A stretch of 63,635 bases of DNA, filler included, from Octopus bimaculoides (GCF_001194135.2; 5 parts of 4 records of this genome joined end to end with filler, not necessarily neighbours in it); one strand, 5' to 3'; positions 28,184-41,990 are shown, counted from the whole stretch's first letter. The notes: a model not told the origin generated them from the letters alone. Translations and numbers: made by a program.

Positions 28184-28611
28184 CATTATTTACATTGGAT
28201 GGATATGTGTCCTCATCTTGTTTGTTGTAAACAACAACGTTTCGGCTGATTTACTCTCCAGCCTTCATCAGGTGTCCAGTAGAATTTTGAACCCAACTCT
28301 GGGTCCTAAGGTATATCTCTTGCTGATGTTATTTTTATTATTACTATTTATTGAACTCGCAATCTTGGGGTTAGTAGCGGTATGTGGGCGGTATGTTTCA
28401 CCTTTCTATAACCTACCACAATTGCATGGGATGGAGTACACGCAGTCTTTGGTCATAATCTCTTCTAATGATGGTTTTACCATAGGAATGAGAACCCAGG
28501 GTCGGGTTCAAAATTCTACCAGGACACCTGATGAAGGCTGAAGAGTAAATCAGCCGAAACGTGGTAGCAAAAACCAAGATGCGGACACATATCCATCCAA
28601 TGTAAATAATG
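28184..28611. mobile_element. Inverted pair of the hammerhead-SINE tail
   Basis: 28184-28307 is the reverse complement of 28491-28611, and both are homologous to 56021-56140. A remnant of the tRNA head (gaactcgcaatcttggggttagtag) lies in the spacer. Confidence 0.85.
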
Positions 28612-29134
28612 AAAATAAAGAAGCTAAAATTGTTTTCATATCTCCTCACAGTGGAGCTCGGGGGGTAAACATGAAAGCACCGCCACTATCTTTTCAAATC
28701 CTGCTGCATCTCCCAAGGAATTTTTGGTCAATGAAAACCGTTTTGGTGTTTAAACCGGATTACCGTTTATCTGGCTCTTAATTTTGGTCTGAAAAATTCG
28801 ACTTGTAGACCGGAAATGCAGTATTTACGGGTGTAATTATGTATATGTATAAGTATTTCATGCATCTATATGCGTGTGATGTACGTACCAGTTTGCAATA
28901 CCAGGCACGGACGATCAGTTCTCTCTCTAGCCAACACTCGTCAAAATTGACATAAATTTCCATCTCGACAACCATAAAAGAGAAAATGTTCTATTTTATA
29001 TTTTTAAATGTCGGTTGAATTGCTGACGGAAAACACATGTATGAACGACAATTGTCTTAATAGCTGAAGGCTTATATGTCATTTGAGCGAAAATTAGTAC
29101 ACAACCAGCAGCAGGAACACTAGTAGTAGTAAAT

Positions 29135-29270
29135 TGTTGTTGTGGTTGTTGTTGTTGTTGTTGTTGTTCTTCTTCTTCTTCTTCTTCTTCTTCTTCTTCT
29201 TCTTCTTCTTCTTCTTCTTCTTCTTCTTCTTCTTCTTCTTCTTCTTCTTCTTCTTCTTCTTCTTCTTCTT
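29135..29270. repeat. (TTG)n(TTC)n compound microsatellite
   Basis: Direct reading; it is the source of the poly-E/K/F/L ORFs in the track. Confidence 0.97.
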
Positions 29271-31556
29271 CTCGCACTCATTCCCCACTACATACCGCTC
29301 GTATTTTGTCTCGTGTCTCACGAACCCCATCCCTTTCTTTACAACTTCATGGTTTTCTAATTAGAAAGTTGATGTCTAAATGAGATTAGAATATAATAAA
29401 ATAAACAGCGAAAATGCTTTACGGCGTTGATGTTCATAGATACATACAAACATAAACGTATATTTATGTTTACGCACACACAAAAACACACAAACACACA
29501 GACACACAGACACAAACATGTCTATATGTGTATCTATAAACATACATATATACATATTTGTATGTTTCTCTCCTTCTCTTTCTTGAAATATATATTATGT
29601 ATATATATATATATNNNNNNNNNNNNNNNNNNNNNNNNNNNNNNNNNNNNNNNNNNNNNNNNNNNNNNNNNNNNNNNNNNNNNNNNNNNNNNNNNNNNNN
29701 NNNNNNNNNNNNNNNNNNNNNNNNNNNNNNNNNNNNNNNNNNNNNNNNNNNNNNNNNNNNNNNNNNNNNNNNNNNNNNNNNNNNNNNNNNNNNNNNNNNN
29801 NNNNNNNNNNNNNNNNNNNNNNNNNNNNNNNNNNNNNNNNNNNNNNNNNNNNNNNNNNNNNNNNNNNNNNNNNNNNNNNNNNNNNNNNNNNNNNNNNNNN
29901 NNNNNNNNNNNNNNNNNNNNNNNNNNNNNNNNNNNNNNNNNNNNNNNNNNNNNNNNNNNNNNNNNNNNNNNNNNNNNNNNNNNNNNNNNNNNNNNNNNNN
30001 NNNNNNNNNNNNNNNNNNNNNNNNNNNNNNNNNNNNNNNNNNNNNNNNNNNNNNNNNNNNNNNNNNNNNNNNNNNNNNNNNNNNNNNNNNNNNNNNNNNN
30101 NNNNNNNNNNNNNNNNNNNNNNNNNNNNNNNNNNNNNNNNNNNNNNNNNNNNNNNNNNNNNNNNNNNNNNNNNNNNNNNNNNNNNNNNNNNNNNNNNNNN
30201 NNNNNNNNNNNNNNNNNNNNNNNNNNNNNNNNNNNNNNNNNNNNNNNNNNNNNNNNNNNNNNNNNNNNNNNNNNNNNNNNNNNNNNNNNNNNNNNNNNNN
30301 NNNNNNNNNNNNNNNNNNNNNNNNNNNNNNNNNNNNNNNNNNNNNNNNNNNNNNNNNNNNNNNNNNNNNNNNNNNNNNNNNNNNNNNNNNNNNNNNNNNN
30401 NNNNNNNNNNNNNNNNNNNNNNNNNNNNNNNNNNNNNNNNNNNNNNNNNNNNNNNNNNNNNNNNNNNNNNNNNNNNNNNNNNNNNNNNNNNNNNNNNNNN
30501 NNNNNNNNNNNNNNNNNNNNNNNNNNATATATATATATATATATAAACCTGTATATATGTATACATGTAAACACACACACACGTACGTTTCTATTCACTG
30601 TAAGAAATGTGAGGCATCAAAATGCGTTAAGTCGCTCCCCCCCTCCCACTTCCAAGTCTTCAGTTAAAACATCGAAAAGAATATCAACAACAAAGATTAT
30701 AGCATTGTTAAGAAATATAAATAACAGTCAGTGAGGAAATTCTAATTACAGAAACCCTCCACCTCCACCGTTACCATCAGGACTACCAGCACTACTACCA
30801 CCCGTTACTACACCCCCACCCCCACCATCACCACCAACACCACCTCTACCATCGCCACCATCACCACCAATATCACTCCACAACTATCACCTCAGTCACT
30901 AATATCTCTGGCAGGAGTGTCACCACCCTTGTTACGCTCACCACCACCACCGCCGTGCTCTTCCACATCACGGCCATCACGATTTCCCAAGCTGTCGCCA
31001 CCACTGTCCTCTCCGCGTGTCACCTAAAACTAAAAACATGCCGTAGGTTACGAGTAAGCGACGAGTCATAGATTCCTGAAAGAGAAGCCAAATCTCCGCC
31101 AACACATGTCGAACGGTACAATGGTTTGAATATAAGGCAGAACGGTCTTGTTTGGATTGTGTTTGCTCACCATTCTGCTCGATGAGAGTTTGTTTGAGGT
31201 TCAAAAGCGGTCATAACTCGAGTGAATATGAACTGGATATATGCACCATACCATCACCACCACCACCTCCATACTACCATACCTACCACCACGATAACTG
31301 TAAGCACTACTACCACCTGCCGCTAGCGACATCACCAGCACTACTAGCGCCACCACCATCACCACCACCACCATCCCCACAATGATTACAACCCTCATAC
31401 GCCTACAAACATCACCACCACCACTACTATTCTCAGAACCACCAATATCTCTTGCATTACCTTCACTAATTAACGATGGTTAATTAGCTATCTTTAAAAA
31501 AATTAGCAATCAAATAACCTTCTAATCACACTAAATTCCCTTATGAAATAAAGGAC

Positions 31557-32105
31557 AGGCGCAGGTGTGGCTGTGTGGTATGAAGCTTGCTCCTCAATCT
31601 CATTGTTCCGAGTTCAGTCCCACTGCGTGGCACCTTGGGCAAGTGTTTTCTGCTATAGCCTCGGGCCAACCAAAGCCTTGTGAGTGGAGTTGGCAGACGG
31701 ATACTGAAAGAAGCCTGTCGTAATACATATATATATATATATANNNNNNNNNNNNNNNNNNNNNNNNNNNNNNNNNNNNNNNNNNNNNNNNNNNNNNNNN
31801 NNNNNNNNNNNNNNNNNNNNNNNNNNNNNNNNNNNNNNNNNNNNNNNNNNNNNNNNNNNNNNNNNNNNNNNNNNNNNNNNNNNNNNNNNNNNNNNNNNNN
31901 NNNNNNNNNNNNNNATGTATGTATGTATGTATGTATTATCTGTTTGTTTCCCCACCATCGCTTGACAATCGATAGAATAAGTTCTAGGCGTACGAAGACT
32001 AAGTCGTGGGGTCCATTGCTTCGACTGAAAACCCTTTAAGACGGTGTTCCAGCAAGACCGCAGTCAAAATGACTGAAACAAGTCAAAGAATAAAAGAATA
32101 ATATA
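31557..32105 (+). mobile_element. SINE family B copy (spans a gap)
   Basis: Same head, CORE-like block and tail as 57635-58030. Confidence 0.88.
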
Positions 32106-32294
32106 TGCAGAAAGAACCACGAAGAGAAAAAACTGATTTCTGCGACTGTAATGTTTTTGACAGATTTCCTGTACCAGGACACACACACACACACACACAC
32201 ACATACACACACACTAACTGCAACAACAACCAAAGCAAAAATAGCCCCTGCTGAAACAAAACCAAGAAGAACAACAAAAGCAGCATCAACTCCA

Positions 32295-32445
32295 ATAGTT
32301 GAATGGTACTTCTTTTATCGACCCTGAAAGGATAAAAGGCAAAGTCAACCTCGCCGGAATTTGAACCCAGAAAAATAAAGGCGGATGAAATACCGCTAAT
32401 TATTTTGACAGGTGTGCTAACGATTCTGCCAACTCGCTGCCGCTT
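32295..32445 (-). mobile_element. SINE family A copy
   Basis: GGTACTT..TTTATCGACCC.GAAAGGAT.AAAGGCAAAGTC.ACCTCG.CGGAATTTGAAC...CTAACGATTCTGCCA, matching 1490-1620. Confidence 0.85.
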
Positions 32446-32636
32446 TGGTAACAAGAATTACTACAAGGCAGCAACAATAACTGTAAGAAAAAAAAGCAGA
32501 AGAAGAAGAAGAAGAAGAAGAAGAAGAAGAACAACAACAACAACAACAACAGCAGCAGCAGCGGAAACAGTAAAAGCAACAATAACAACAAGAAGAGGAA
32601 TAACAAGATAGAGAAGATCAAAACATTACTAACTTT

Positions 32637-32690
<54 letters not shown>

Positions 32691-33273
32691 AAAGACAACT
32701 TCAATAGCAGCAAGTTTGAATAATAATAATTCTGTCACACACAGAGACACAATGGCGACCATTTTATAACTTGAGCAAAACAAAGGTGTTTATTAACAAC
32801 TACAGCAGTAACATCACCACCTTCACAGCCACCACCACCACCACCACCACCACCATGAACACCACCGTCACCATCAATGTTTCTACCACCCTCGTCACTA
32901 CCACCACAACTACCAACAGTACCAACACTACAAACCGCCTAACACCTACTACCATCACCGTTCCACCATCTCCTTCCCCACTATCATCTCCACCCCCATA
33001 CCACTACCACTACCACAACTAGTACCAACACAACTAACCTCACAACCGCCACNNNNNNNNNNNNNNNNNNNNNNNNNNNNNNNNNNNNNNNNNNNNNNNN
33101 NNNNNNNNNNNNNNNNNNNNNNNNNNNNNNNNNNNNNNNNNNNNNNNNNNNNNNNNNNNNNNNNNNNNNNNNNNNNNNNNNNNNNNNNNNNNNNNNNNNN
33201 NNNNNNNNNNNNNNNNNNNNNNNNNNNNNNNNNNNNNNNNNNNNNNNNNNNNNNNNNNNNNNNNNCCACCACC

Positions 33274-33305
<32 letters not shown>

Positions 33306-33895
33306 CAGCAACACCACCATCATCGCTAAGAACAGCGATAGAAATCAGCAAAAAAGATATAACAAGTTTTTAAAATCCAACAAAATCAATAAGTAAAAAC
33401 AAAAGATAAGAAGAACAATATCAAAAACAACAAAAGCAACAGTTCTCACGGAAAAAAAAACAAAAAAAAACAACAAAACAACGACCATCGCCGCAAGGAA
33501 GAACAGAGCAACCAGAAACAACAACAAGGACAGCAACAATAACAACTGTAGATCCTCAGTAATAACAAATAAATATAAAAGCAACGAAAGAAAAATCAAA
33601 AAGAAAAAGAACAACAACATTGGTAATAATAGCATAAAAGACAGCGACAATTGAAGCGACAACAACAATAATTACCATGAACACAATAACAATATTCATA
33701 ACAAAAATAACAAAACAATTAAATCACAACAAATCGATAATTAACGTGAAAATGGCAATATATACTGTACATACATGCATACGTACATAAACCTCAAAAA
33801 TTAATGGCTTTGAAACGTTACAAGGACATATATATACACACACGAGCACACAGAAATGTTTGTGTGAGTGTGTGCGTGTGTGTGCGTGTGTGTGT

Positions 33896-33981
<86 letters not shown>

Positions 33982-33984
33982 ATA

Positions 33985-34152
33985 AGAGGGCTAGCTGGGA
34001 GATTCGCTCTTGAGATTCGGCTTTACGTTTTGATTTCAAATGCCGCCGAGGTGGACGTTGTCTTTCATCCTTTCGGATGTCGATAAAATAAGTACCAGCT
34101 GAGCACTGAGGTCGATGTCATCGACCAATCACTGACCCTCACCCAAAATTTC
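33985..34152 (+). mobile_element. SINE family A copy
   Basis: Contains CAAATGCCGCCGAGGTGGACGTTGTCTTTCATCCTTTCGG..TCGATAAAATAAGTACCAG. Confidence 0.8.
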
Positions 34153-34713
34153 TGATGCGGTTAGTAAGGTAAAACTCCAGCGTTAATACCTCAATGGAAT
34201 TATCTTATATATTATATATATATAAGCTATATATATAAATATATATGTATACATACATACATATAACCTATTGAATATTTGTTGCTTTTCTTCAAATTTT
34301 ATTCACCAAATCTCTTGATTTTGTTTTTGGTTTTTACCCGACCAAATTCTGGTGTCTCAAACATTTTAAGTACCGCATTTAATCTTTTGATTAAATCTAT
34401 ATTATTATTACATATATATATATATATATATAAACACGCACACACACACACTCACACACACACACATATATATACACACATTCATATATACATGCCTATA
34501 TGTATATTTGTCTCTCCAGTTGCTTGAAGCTACTAGATTTGTTGTGTGTATGAGTAAATTGGTTACATGTTTCTCTAGGAGTGGCTAAGTTGTGTATCAT
34601 CTCTGATGAGAATGTAACAAGGTTCGAAAATCGACTAAGGCTGGTCATCATTTTCATTCCACAGACAAGTAGTTAAATGTGCCCTGTTTATGTACCTCCT
34701 AAATAGGTTACAC

Positions 34714-34751
<38 letters not shown>

Positions 34752-35239
34752 ACCTGTCTGTCTGTCTGTCTGTCTATCGATCGATCGATTGATCTATCTA
34801 TATTAACATATACGCAACGAGAATGTAAGGATGCATAACTTTGTGGTTAGGGTGTTGCACTCACACGATCGAGGTTTCATTTCCTGGACCGGGCGACGTG
34901 TTGTGTGCTTTCTTTCTTTGATCTGCTTTTAAAGTCTCCGAATCTCCTCCTTAAACCTGTTCCGCTTTGCAAGATGGGTTTTGTTTTATGGAAACATTCC
35001 AGTATTTCATATCGTTTAGTGAAAAATCCAGTCTTTACATGTTCAAAAACAAGAAAACATTTAGTAATCTATCAATATGATAAATGCTTTGTTTCCATCA
35101 CAACAGAGGCTATTTTTTTCACAGTTTTATATACACAGATATATACATGTTGCTTGCAGCAAGTATATATCTTTATCTGTTACTCGTTTCAATCATTGGA
35201 CTGCGGCCATCCTGGGGCACCATCTTAAAGGGTTTAATC

Positions 35240-35566
35240 CAGGGCTTCTCAACCATTTTTCTTTTATCTATGAACTCCTTTGATTACTATTTTATTCTGG
35301 TGGAGCCTCATCGCCATTCGATGTTTAAAAATGAGTTTTTTTGAAATTTCTTTCAAAATTCCTATTTTGCTCTCCACACATTCACTTGTGTAGGTTGAGC
35401 TATGTCAAATGTTAGAGAAAAAAAACCTGGCTGGGTTCTGCAATACAGACCAATGCATACATTTAAAGCAAAGTTTTTTCAGGGACCCTTAAAATACTAT
35501 TGTGGATCCCCGATAAATCATATATGGAACCTCAGGGACGATATGGACTCCGGTTGAAAACCACTG
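35240..35566. mobile_element. hAT-type non-autonomous element with an 8-bp TSD
   Basis: Ends are CAGGGCTTCTCAACC and GGTTGAAAACCACTG, with the identical 8-mer GTTTAATC at 35232-35239 and 35567-35574. Confidence 0.9.
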
Positions 35567-35703
35567 GTTTAATCAAGCAAATAGCTGGTACATATATCAC
35601 TTCCTTTTCCCAAATTACGGGGATTTAAACAAACCAACATCGGTTGGCAAGCGGTGGTGCATGAGAAGGCTAACAAAAACTCAACGACAAATACGCGCTC
35701 ACA

Positions 35704-35749
<46 letters not shown>

Positions 35750-35996
35750 TAATACATACGTTCACACAGACATATATGTACATATTATGCATAACCCAAG
35801 ATGTTATTTCGGTCATGTTCCGTCCGTGCTTGCCCAGAGTCTTCAGATAAGTTACGACTCAAACTACAGTTGTAACTTGCCTGAAATCCCTGGACGCCTA
35901 CTGGCGAAAGTCTGAGTGGTAAGAGACTGTCTCGACCAAAGTAAAATATTACTATGGATTCAAGTACTAGTTTTCTCTGACAATCAGCACTAAACG

Positions 35997-36240
35997 GATG
36001 TGGCTGTGTGGTAAGTAGCTTGCTTACCAACCACATGGTTCCGGGTTCAGTCCCACTGCGTGGCACCTTGGGCAAGTGTTTTCTACTATAGCCTAGGGCC
36101 GACCGAAGCTTTGTGAGTGGATTTGGTAGACGGAAACTGAAAGAAGCCTATCGTATAATATGTATATATATAAATGTATGTGTGTTTCTGTGTCTGTGTT
36201 TGTCCCTCCACCATCGCTTGACAACCAATGCTGGTGTGGA
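35997..36240 (+). mobile_element. SINE family B copy (3'-truncated)
   Basis: TGGCTGTGTGGTAAGTAGCTTGCTT...GGCACCTTGGGCAAGTG. Confidence 0.88.
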
Positions 36241-37908
36241 CCGATGGAAGAAATACTATAGCCATTGAGAAGTGTTGTTGTTGATGTTGTTGTTAGTGAT
36301 GGTGGTGGTGGTGGTGATCTGCAACTTCCACACCCAACCGGCCTCTTGTTTGCCCTTAAAACGCAAGCGTCACTAAGATTTCATTCGGGATTTTACAGCT
36401 TCTTGCCTGAAAGCAATCTCGGAAACACGTAGCNNNNNNNNNNNNNNNNNNNNNNNNNNNNNNNNNNNNNNNNNNNNNNNNNNNNNNNNNNNNNNNNNNN
36501 NNNNNNNNNNNNNNNNNNNNNNNNNNNNNNNNNTGTGTGTGTGTGTGTGTGCGTGTGTGTGTATAAATATATATTTTTATAAACATTGATGCATCAAGTG
36601 AGTTGAAATTTTTTAGAAATGAAGATAATCTCGGACACAGGAAAGTAGCTGCGAAAACTGGTTTAGGAATCGGGTAAAACTACCCCTGTAAAGGGGTGTA
36701 AAGCAAGCAACTTGTTACAGAGAATCAAACTTTACACTCTGAAATGCTGGATGAGGGGTCTGTACCAGTGAGTTAAACGATCCTTGACAACCAATCCCGT
36801 CTTTTATAATGCTAAATAACGCGGTTCCAAACAAATATTGGAACCGCGAGTGCGTTGACATATTTAGGGGGATTAAAAAATCTGGAACGTAGGAGAATAA
36901 CTGTGAAAGCAGCTTTAGAGAAACGGGTAAATATTTCCCACATTTCAAAAGTTATCTAGCGTTGTAAAGGACTGAAGCCGAAACCATTTTGTAGCAAGGC
37001 GAGTTCCTTAACTGCAAAGCTACGCTTGCTTGCTCGTATATATCGAATAGAATTCGTAATTCTCACAGATATAACGGAATTTTTATTGTGGGGCATGAAG
37101 TTGCTTTCGCAATAAAATATTTGGGTAAAGGATTTCAGTATTTCTCCAATCTCAGTAAGCGAACATATTACGCATCGAAGAATTCTTCTCGTAAACTGTT
37201 CCTTAAAGTCGTCAATGTTTATTGAATTGTGGAAGATGAGAAAGAAGAGGCAAGAGATGTTCTCTAGAATCCTTTGCGGTCTATAAATCCTGATATTCTT
37301 GTGCAAAGGAATCATGAATTACGGCCAGATATTATTAGAAGACAAACGGTAGATGGCTACAATGCAAACACACAGCTGCAACATTTTTCATGTTTTTGAT
37401 TCCTTCTAGCTCACAATTTCCGTCAAAATACGAAAGACAAAGCTATATGGATGCATCTCGTTCAAATATTTGAAGTCTAATTTATTTTGACATTCAATGG
37501 AGACGAGATCTATCAGAAGGGCAGATCAATAGATCAATGCGATCTATTGAGGATTATCACACTTATCACAGAATGGTGTCTTTTATCTTTTATCTTTTCC
37601 TTGTTTCAGTCATTGGACTACAACCATGCTGGAGAAGCTCTTAGAAGAATTTAGTCGAACAAATCGATTCCAGCATTTTTCTTATTTAGCTCGATATTGA
37701 TATTCTACTGACCTCTTTTGCTGAACTGCTAAGTTACGAGGACATAAACACACCAACACCTGTTGTCAAGAGATGTTTGAAGGGATAAACACAACACAAA
37801 CCCAAAGACACACATGCCCCCACCTACACGCACGTACACACAAACACAGCCACACAGACATACAGACACAAACACACAGACACAGACACACAGACACAGA
37901 CATACACA

Positions 37909-37960
<52 letters not shown>

Positions 37961-37989
37961 CACACACAAGGTGCATTCCAGATGAGACA

Positions 37990-38520
37990 TTTGTGGAGGT
38001 TTTGAGAGGCTCAGAAAGATATTTTGTTGCAAGAAGACAAAGAGCAACCGCACCAGTTCACAATTCCATGTTGGTAACCAAAAACTTAAGATAGGTAGGC
38101 AACAAACTGTCCCTCATCCTCCATAAAGTCCAGACATTTCTTAATTCTCTTTCAAAATAGGATCCTCTGACTTCAAAGCATGCGTTGTAGCGTACCATCT
38201 ACTTCATGTGAACTAAAAGTCACAGGGACCAAGGTCTGGACTTTAGGGAGGATGAGGGACAGTTTGTTGCCTACCTCTCTGAAGTTTTTGGTTACCAAGA
38301 TGGAATTGTGAACTGGTGCGGTTGCTCTGGCCTTCTTGCAACAAAATATCTTTCTCAACCTCCTAAAACCTCCACAAAGCACTCTTTGTAGATCGTGTGG
38401 CCAAAGGGAACTCAGTAGATGTATATGATGACCTTGCTGTAAAAAAAACATAATTGGGAACATCATCAGCTTGCGGGTGTACTTGCTCTGCCGGCTTCTT
38501 GTGCCAGTAAAAAACAAATG
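37990..38520. mobile_element. Mariner transposase 3' remnant with an inverted duplication
   Basis: The minus strand reads TAPVHNSILVTKN...VPHPP*SPDLGPCDF* (the mariner HPPYSPDLAPCDF motif). 37990-38135 is an inverted copy of 38234-38378. Confidence 0.85.
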
Positions 38521-38983
38521 TTCCGTTCATAAAAGTTAATCCATACAAGTTAATCCATAAGTAGTCTGGATCATTTCATAAGTACCTGTAACATTTTTGC
38601 CCAGTTTAACACAAAACTTTATAGCATAGTGAGGTTCCAAATTGTCTTCATGTCCTGACTGCATTCTTCAAACTAATCAACTGTGACAGTGTTTAGTAGG
38701 GTGTGTTCCACGTGCTGTTACATCCATCTCCTTTAATCTAGAATATAAAAAAATGGCAGGTCGGCTTATTAGATGTATAATAATGATATACTAAAGTTAC
38801 AATAATCTAGGATAGTTATAACTGGCTGTCTCAAAACTTCTGGAATGAGCTCATATCTATGTAGGTGCAAGGTTCCATTCCAAGATTAATTAAAGGGGAG
38901 AATGCCGAGAGAATGTTTGTATCTGCTCGCATCAACATAGACATTCGTTTGGTATTAATTGTATACAAAGATGCATCATACAG

Positions 38984-39051
<68 letters not shown>

Positions 39052-40175
39052 ATTTCTGCCTGCCTGCCTGCCTGCCTGCCTGTCTGTCTGTCTGTCTGTC
39101 TGTGTCTGTGTCTGTGTCTGTGTCTCTGTCTCTGTCTGTCTCTCTCTTTCTCTCTCTCTCTATCTATCTCTTCATCTACCTGTCTAGGCTTTGTTTCATA
39201 CTTTCTGAGCATTAAAAAGCTTTCCTTTTCTTAAGTCACAGGTTACCGTGATCGTTGGAGAAAACAAAAAAATGATAATCTGTATCATATTTAATGCATG
39301 GTCCCCAGAGAAATATGTAATGCGTATCACATATGACATCCAAGACAGGCTAAGGGTTAACACTCCCTGCTACCAAAATCACGCAGAATGCACTGTTTTA
39401 TTTCATAACTGAAAACAAGGGTTTAAAGGAAACAATTTACTATCAAGCTATCGTACAGAATATGTTTCTACCGCTCAGCAGTGGTATAAAGTTGTCGGAG
39501 AGAAATTCTGATTTAAAAGAATCCATTTATAATTGGAATATTCTACATGAATACATATAAAAGCTGTTTAGATTTAGCAAATAAAAAAAATAAAAATAAA
39601 TGAGAGAAAAAAATTTGATAAAACTCAAGCTACAGATATTTTCTATGGAACATAAAACAAGAGATAAGCATAGGAAAGGAAGTCGTTTACAATTAAAATA
39701 TCATACATGAATACTGTATTTGCAAAAGCTGCTTAGATATTTGGATTTTTGTTTTATAATAAGCTAGATATCACCTTTTTTCTCCATCTGGAACATAAAA
39801 CTGGAGATGAGAATGATAGAGACAGTCGTTTATAATTTAAAATGCAGGGAAACTATGGTTGTATATGATTTATACATATCGGGATCATGGAGTAACTTCA
39901 GTGTTAATCTTAACGCAATAAGAGAGTGGTCAGTAAAATTTTACTCTGCAGTAAAATTGGAAATTTTAATCGCCTTCAACCGTCACAAAATCTCTCCCAC
40001 GTCATCAAAACTAATAAAAAAATGCCATCATCAATGTTTGCAGAAACGATACTGTCTTTAAATCGTTCATCAATTTTTGTTTCCAACAGAACTATTACTA
40101 ATTCCATACATATATTAAAGGATTTCACAATTATAACCGTTCTTAGATCACCTTCACAATAACGGATTTACTCAC

Positions 40176-40227
40176 TCTTCCTGGGTGTGAAGTCATGACC
40201 TTGTTCTTCCATCCCTCTGTTCCATTC
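40176..40227 (-). CDS. Candidate small exon on the minus strand
   Basis: Minus-strand acceptor attcttgcgacAG and donor aga|GTGAGT. The 52 nt are open in two frames (EWNRGMEEQGHDFTPRK or NGTEGWKNKVMTSHPGR). Confidence 0.3.
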
Positions 40228-41342
40228 CTGTCGCAAGAATTTGCATGAATAATTTATTCATTAATCGGTACAACTAATGTCTGCAATTGATTCGTCATTC
40301 CTTGTGAGATGACAAGTAACAGAGTCTGCCATCAGCGTAACTATATTTTTAATGCCTTCGGTTCTTTGTGATTTGAATAAATCCCAGCCAAGAAGAGAAA
40401 GGTTTTGTAAGAGTCCGCCAAGAAGATCTAGTCATACCACATTATTTGGCACCCGAGAGGAATGTTTCAGATCGAAATTCCCAGCAACCCCCCAAATAAA
40501 AGAAAGAAAGAAAGGGAGGTTGAATTATACGCCAACATGACAATAGTGGATCAAAAGTTCCATGTGAAATTCTGCAAGATTTGGAAAGGTAGTGACAATG
40601 TTTGAACGTTTACACTATCTACTATTACGGAGATGTACTTGCATAGCAAGCGACCTGATCTGAGATCGTGTGCTGGAACGAAATCAATTGCAGCGTGGAA
40701 GGTGTTTATAAGCCATTTAAGAAACACATTTACCTGTATGCCGAAAAATACGGTAATTCTTAATAATCCGAGTTTCATGCGATTATCGTCCAAATATTCT
40801 TTTACAGGAACTAACACACAATATGAAATTTAGTCTTTGGATTAAGACTTTCTTTTCAACATTAAAAACGGTTTAAGGCGTCGAGCTGGCAAAATCTTTA
40901 GTGCACCGGATAAAATGCTCCTTTTGGGAGAAAATGTGGATCTCAATGAGATTTGTTCTCAGAACTTAAGGAAGTAGAATAAATACTGCAAATTATTAAG
41001 GCATTTTTAACTCCCGAAGTTGTTCTAACGAATCAATGAGTCGAACCAGACCAAATATTGAAATATCTAATAAAATCGATAAAAAAATGCAGGAAACTTG
41101 CTACATGGTGTGAAAAATCTAACGTTTCGGATTGGGATCTTCAGGGAAAAGTTGATACGAGAGAAATTAACGAGAAGTAGAGGAGAACTCTGGAAAAGCG
41201 CTAGATTTTCCATTCTCCATACCATGTTCGCTGTACTCTTTTTATCGATTTAATTGAATAATTCACGTCTTGCCACCGATGCTGAGCAACCTCATCCTCC
41301 ATTTTTGACAGTAAATACTGAAATAGGCAATAATAATAGTTA

Positions 41343-41726
41343 GGAGCATATGTGGCTGTGTGCTAAGAAGCTTGCTTCCTAACCACGTGGTTCCGGGTTC
41401 AGTCCCACTTTGTGGACCCTAGGGCAAGTGTCTTCTACTATAGCCTCGGGCTGACCAAAGACCCGCGAGTGGATTTGGTAGACGGAAACTAAAACAATCC
41501 CGCCGTGTATATATANNNNNNNNNNNNNNNNNNNNNNNNNNNNNNNNNNNNNNNNNNNNNNNNNNNNNNNNNNNNNNNNNNNNNNNNNNNNNNNNNNNNN
41601 NNNNNNNNNNNNNNNNNNNNNNNNNNNNNNNNNNNNNNNNNNNNNNNNNNNNNNNNNNNNNNNNNNNNNNNNNNNNNNNNNNNNNNNNNNNNNNNNNNNN
41701 NNNNNNNNNNNNNNNNNNNNNNNNNN

Positions 41727-41767
<41 letters not shown>

Positions 41768-41990
41768 ACCTTTGGGTCAGTGTTTATCCCCTTGACAACT
41801 TGACAACCGGTATTGGTGTGTTTACGTTCATGTAACTTAGCGGTTCGGCAAAAGAGACCGATAGAATATGCACCTGTCTTAAAAGAAAAATAAAAGTACA
41901 GGGGTCGCTTCATTCGACAAAAAATTCTTGAAGGCCGTGCTCCAGCATTGCCAGAGTCCAAATTCTTAAACAAGTAAACCTATAAAAGAT
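41343..41990 (+). mobile_element. SINE family B copy (spans a gap)
   Basis: Head at 41350-41500 and tail at 41780-41990. Confidence 0.85.

Larger units (their letters stand above)
30770..33720. repeat. Degenerate (CAC/CCA/AAC)n low-complexity blocks (30770-31450 and 32460-33720)
   Basis: Direct reading; interrupted by SINEs and a short unique island at 31000-31240. Confidence 0.8.

Noticed and set aside
28996-29364. Poly-E/K/F/L ORFs
   Set aside because: All arise from one (TTC)n/(TTG)n tract.
34598-34640. CTGATGA-GAAT..GTTC-GAAA hammerhead-like motif
   Set aside because: Weak stem II, and no cleavage triplet or stem I.
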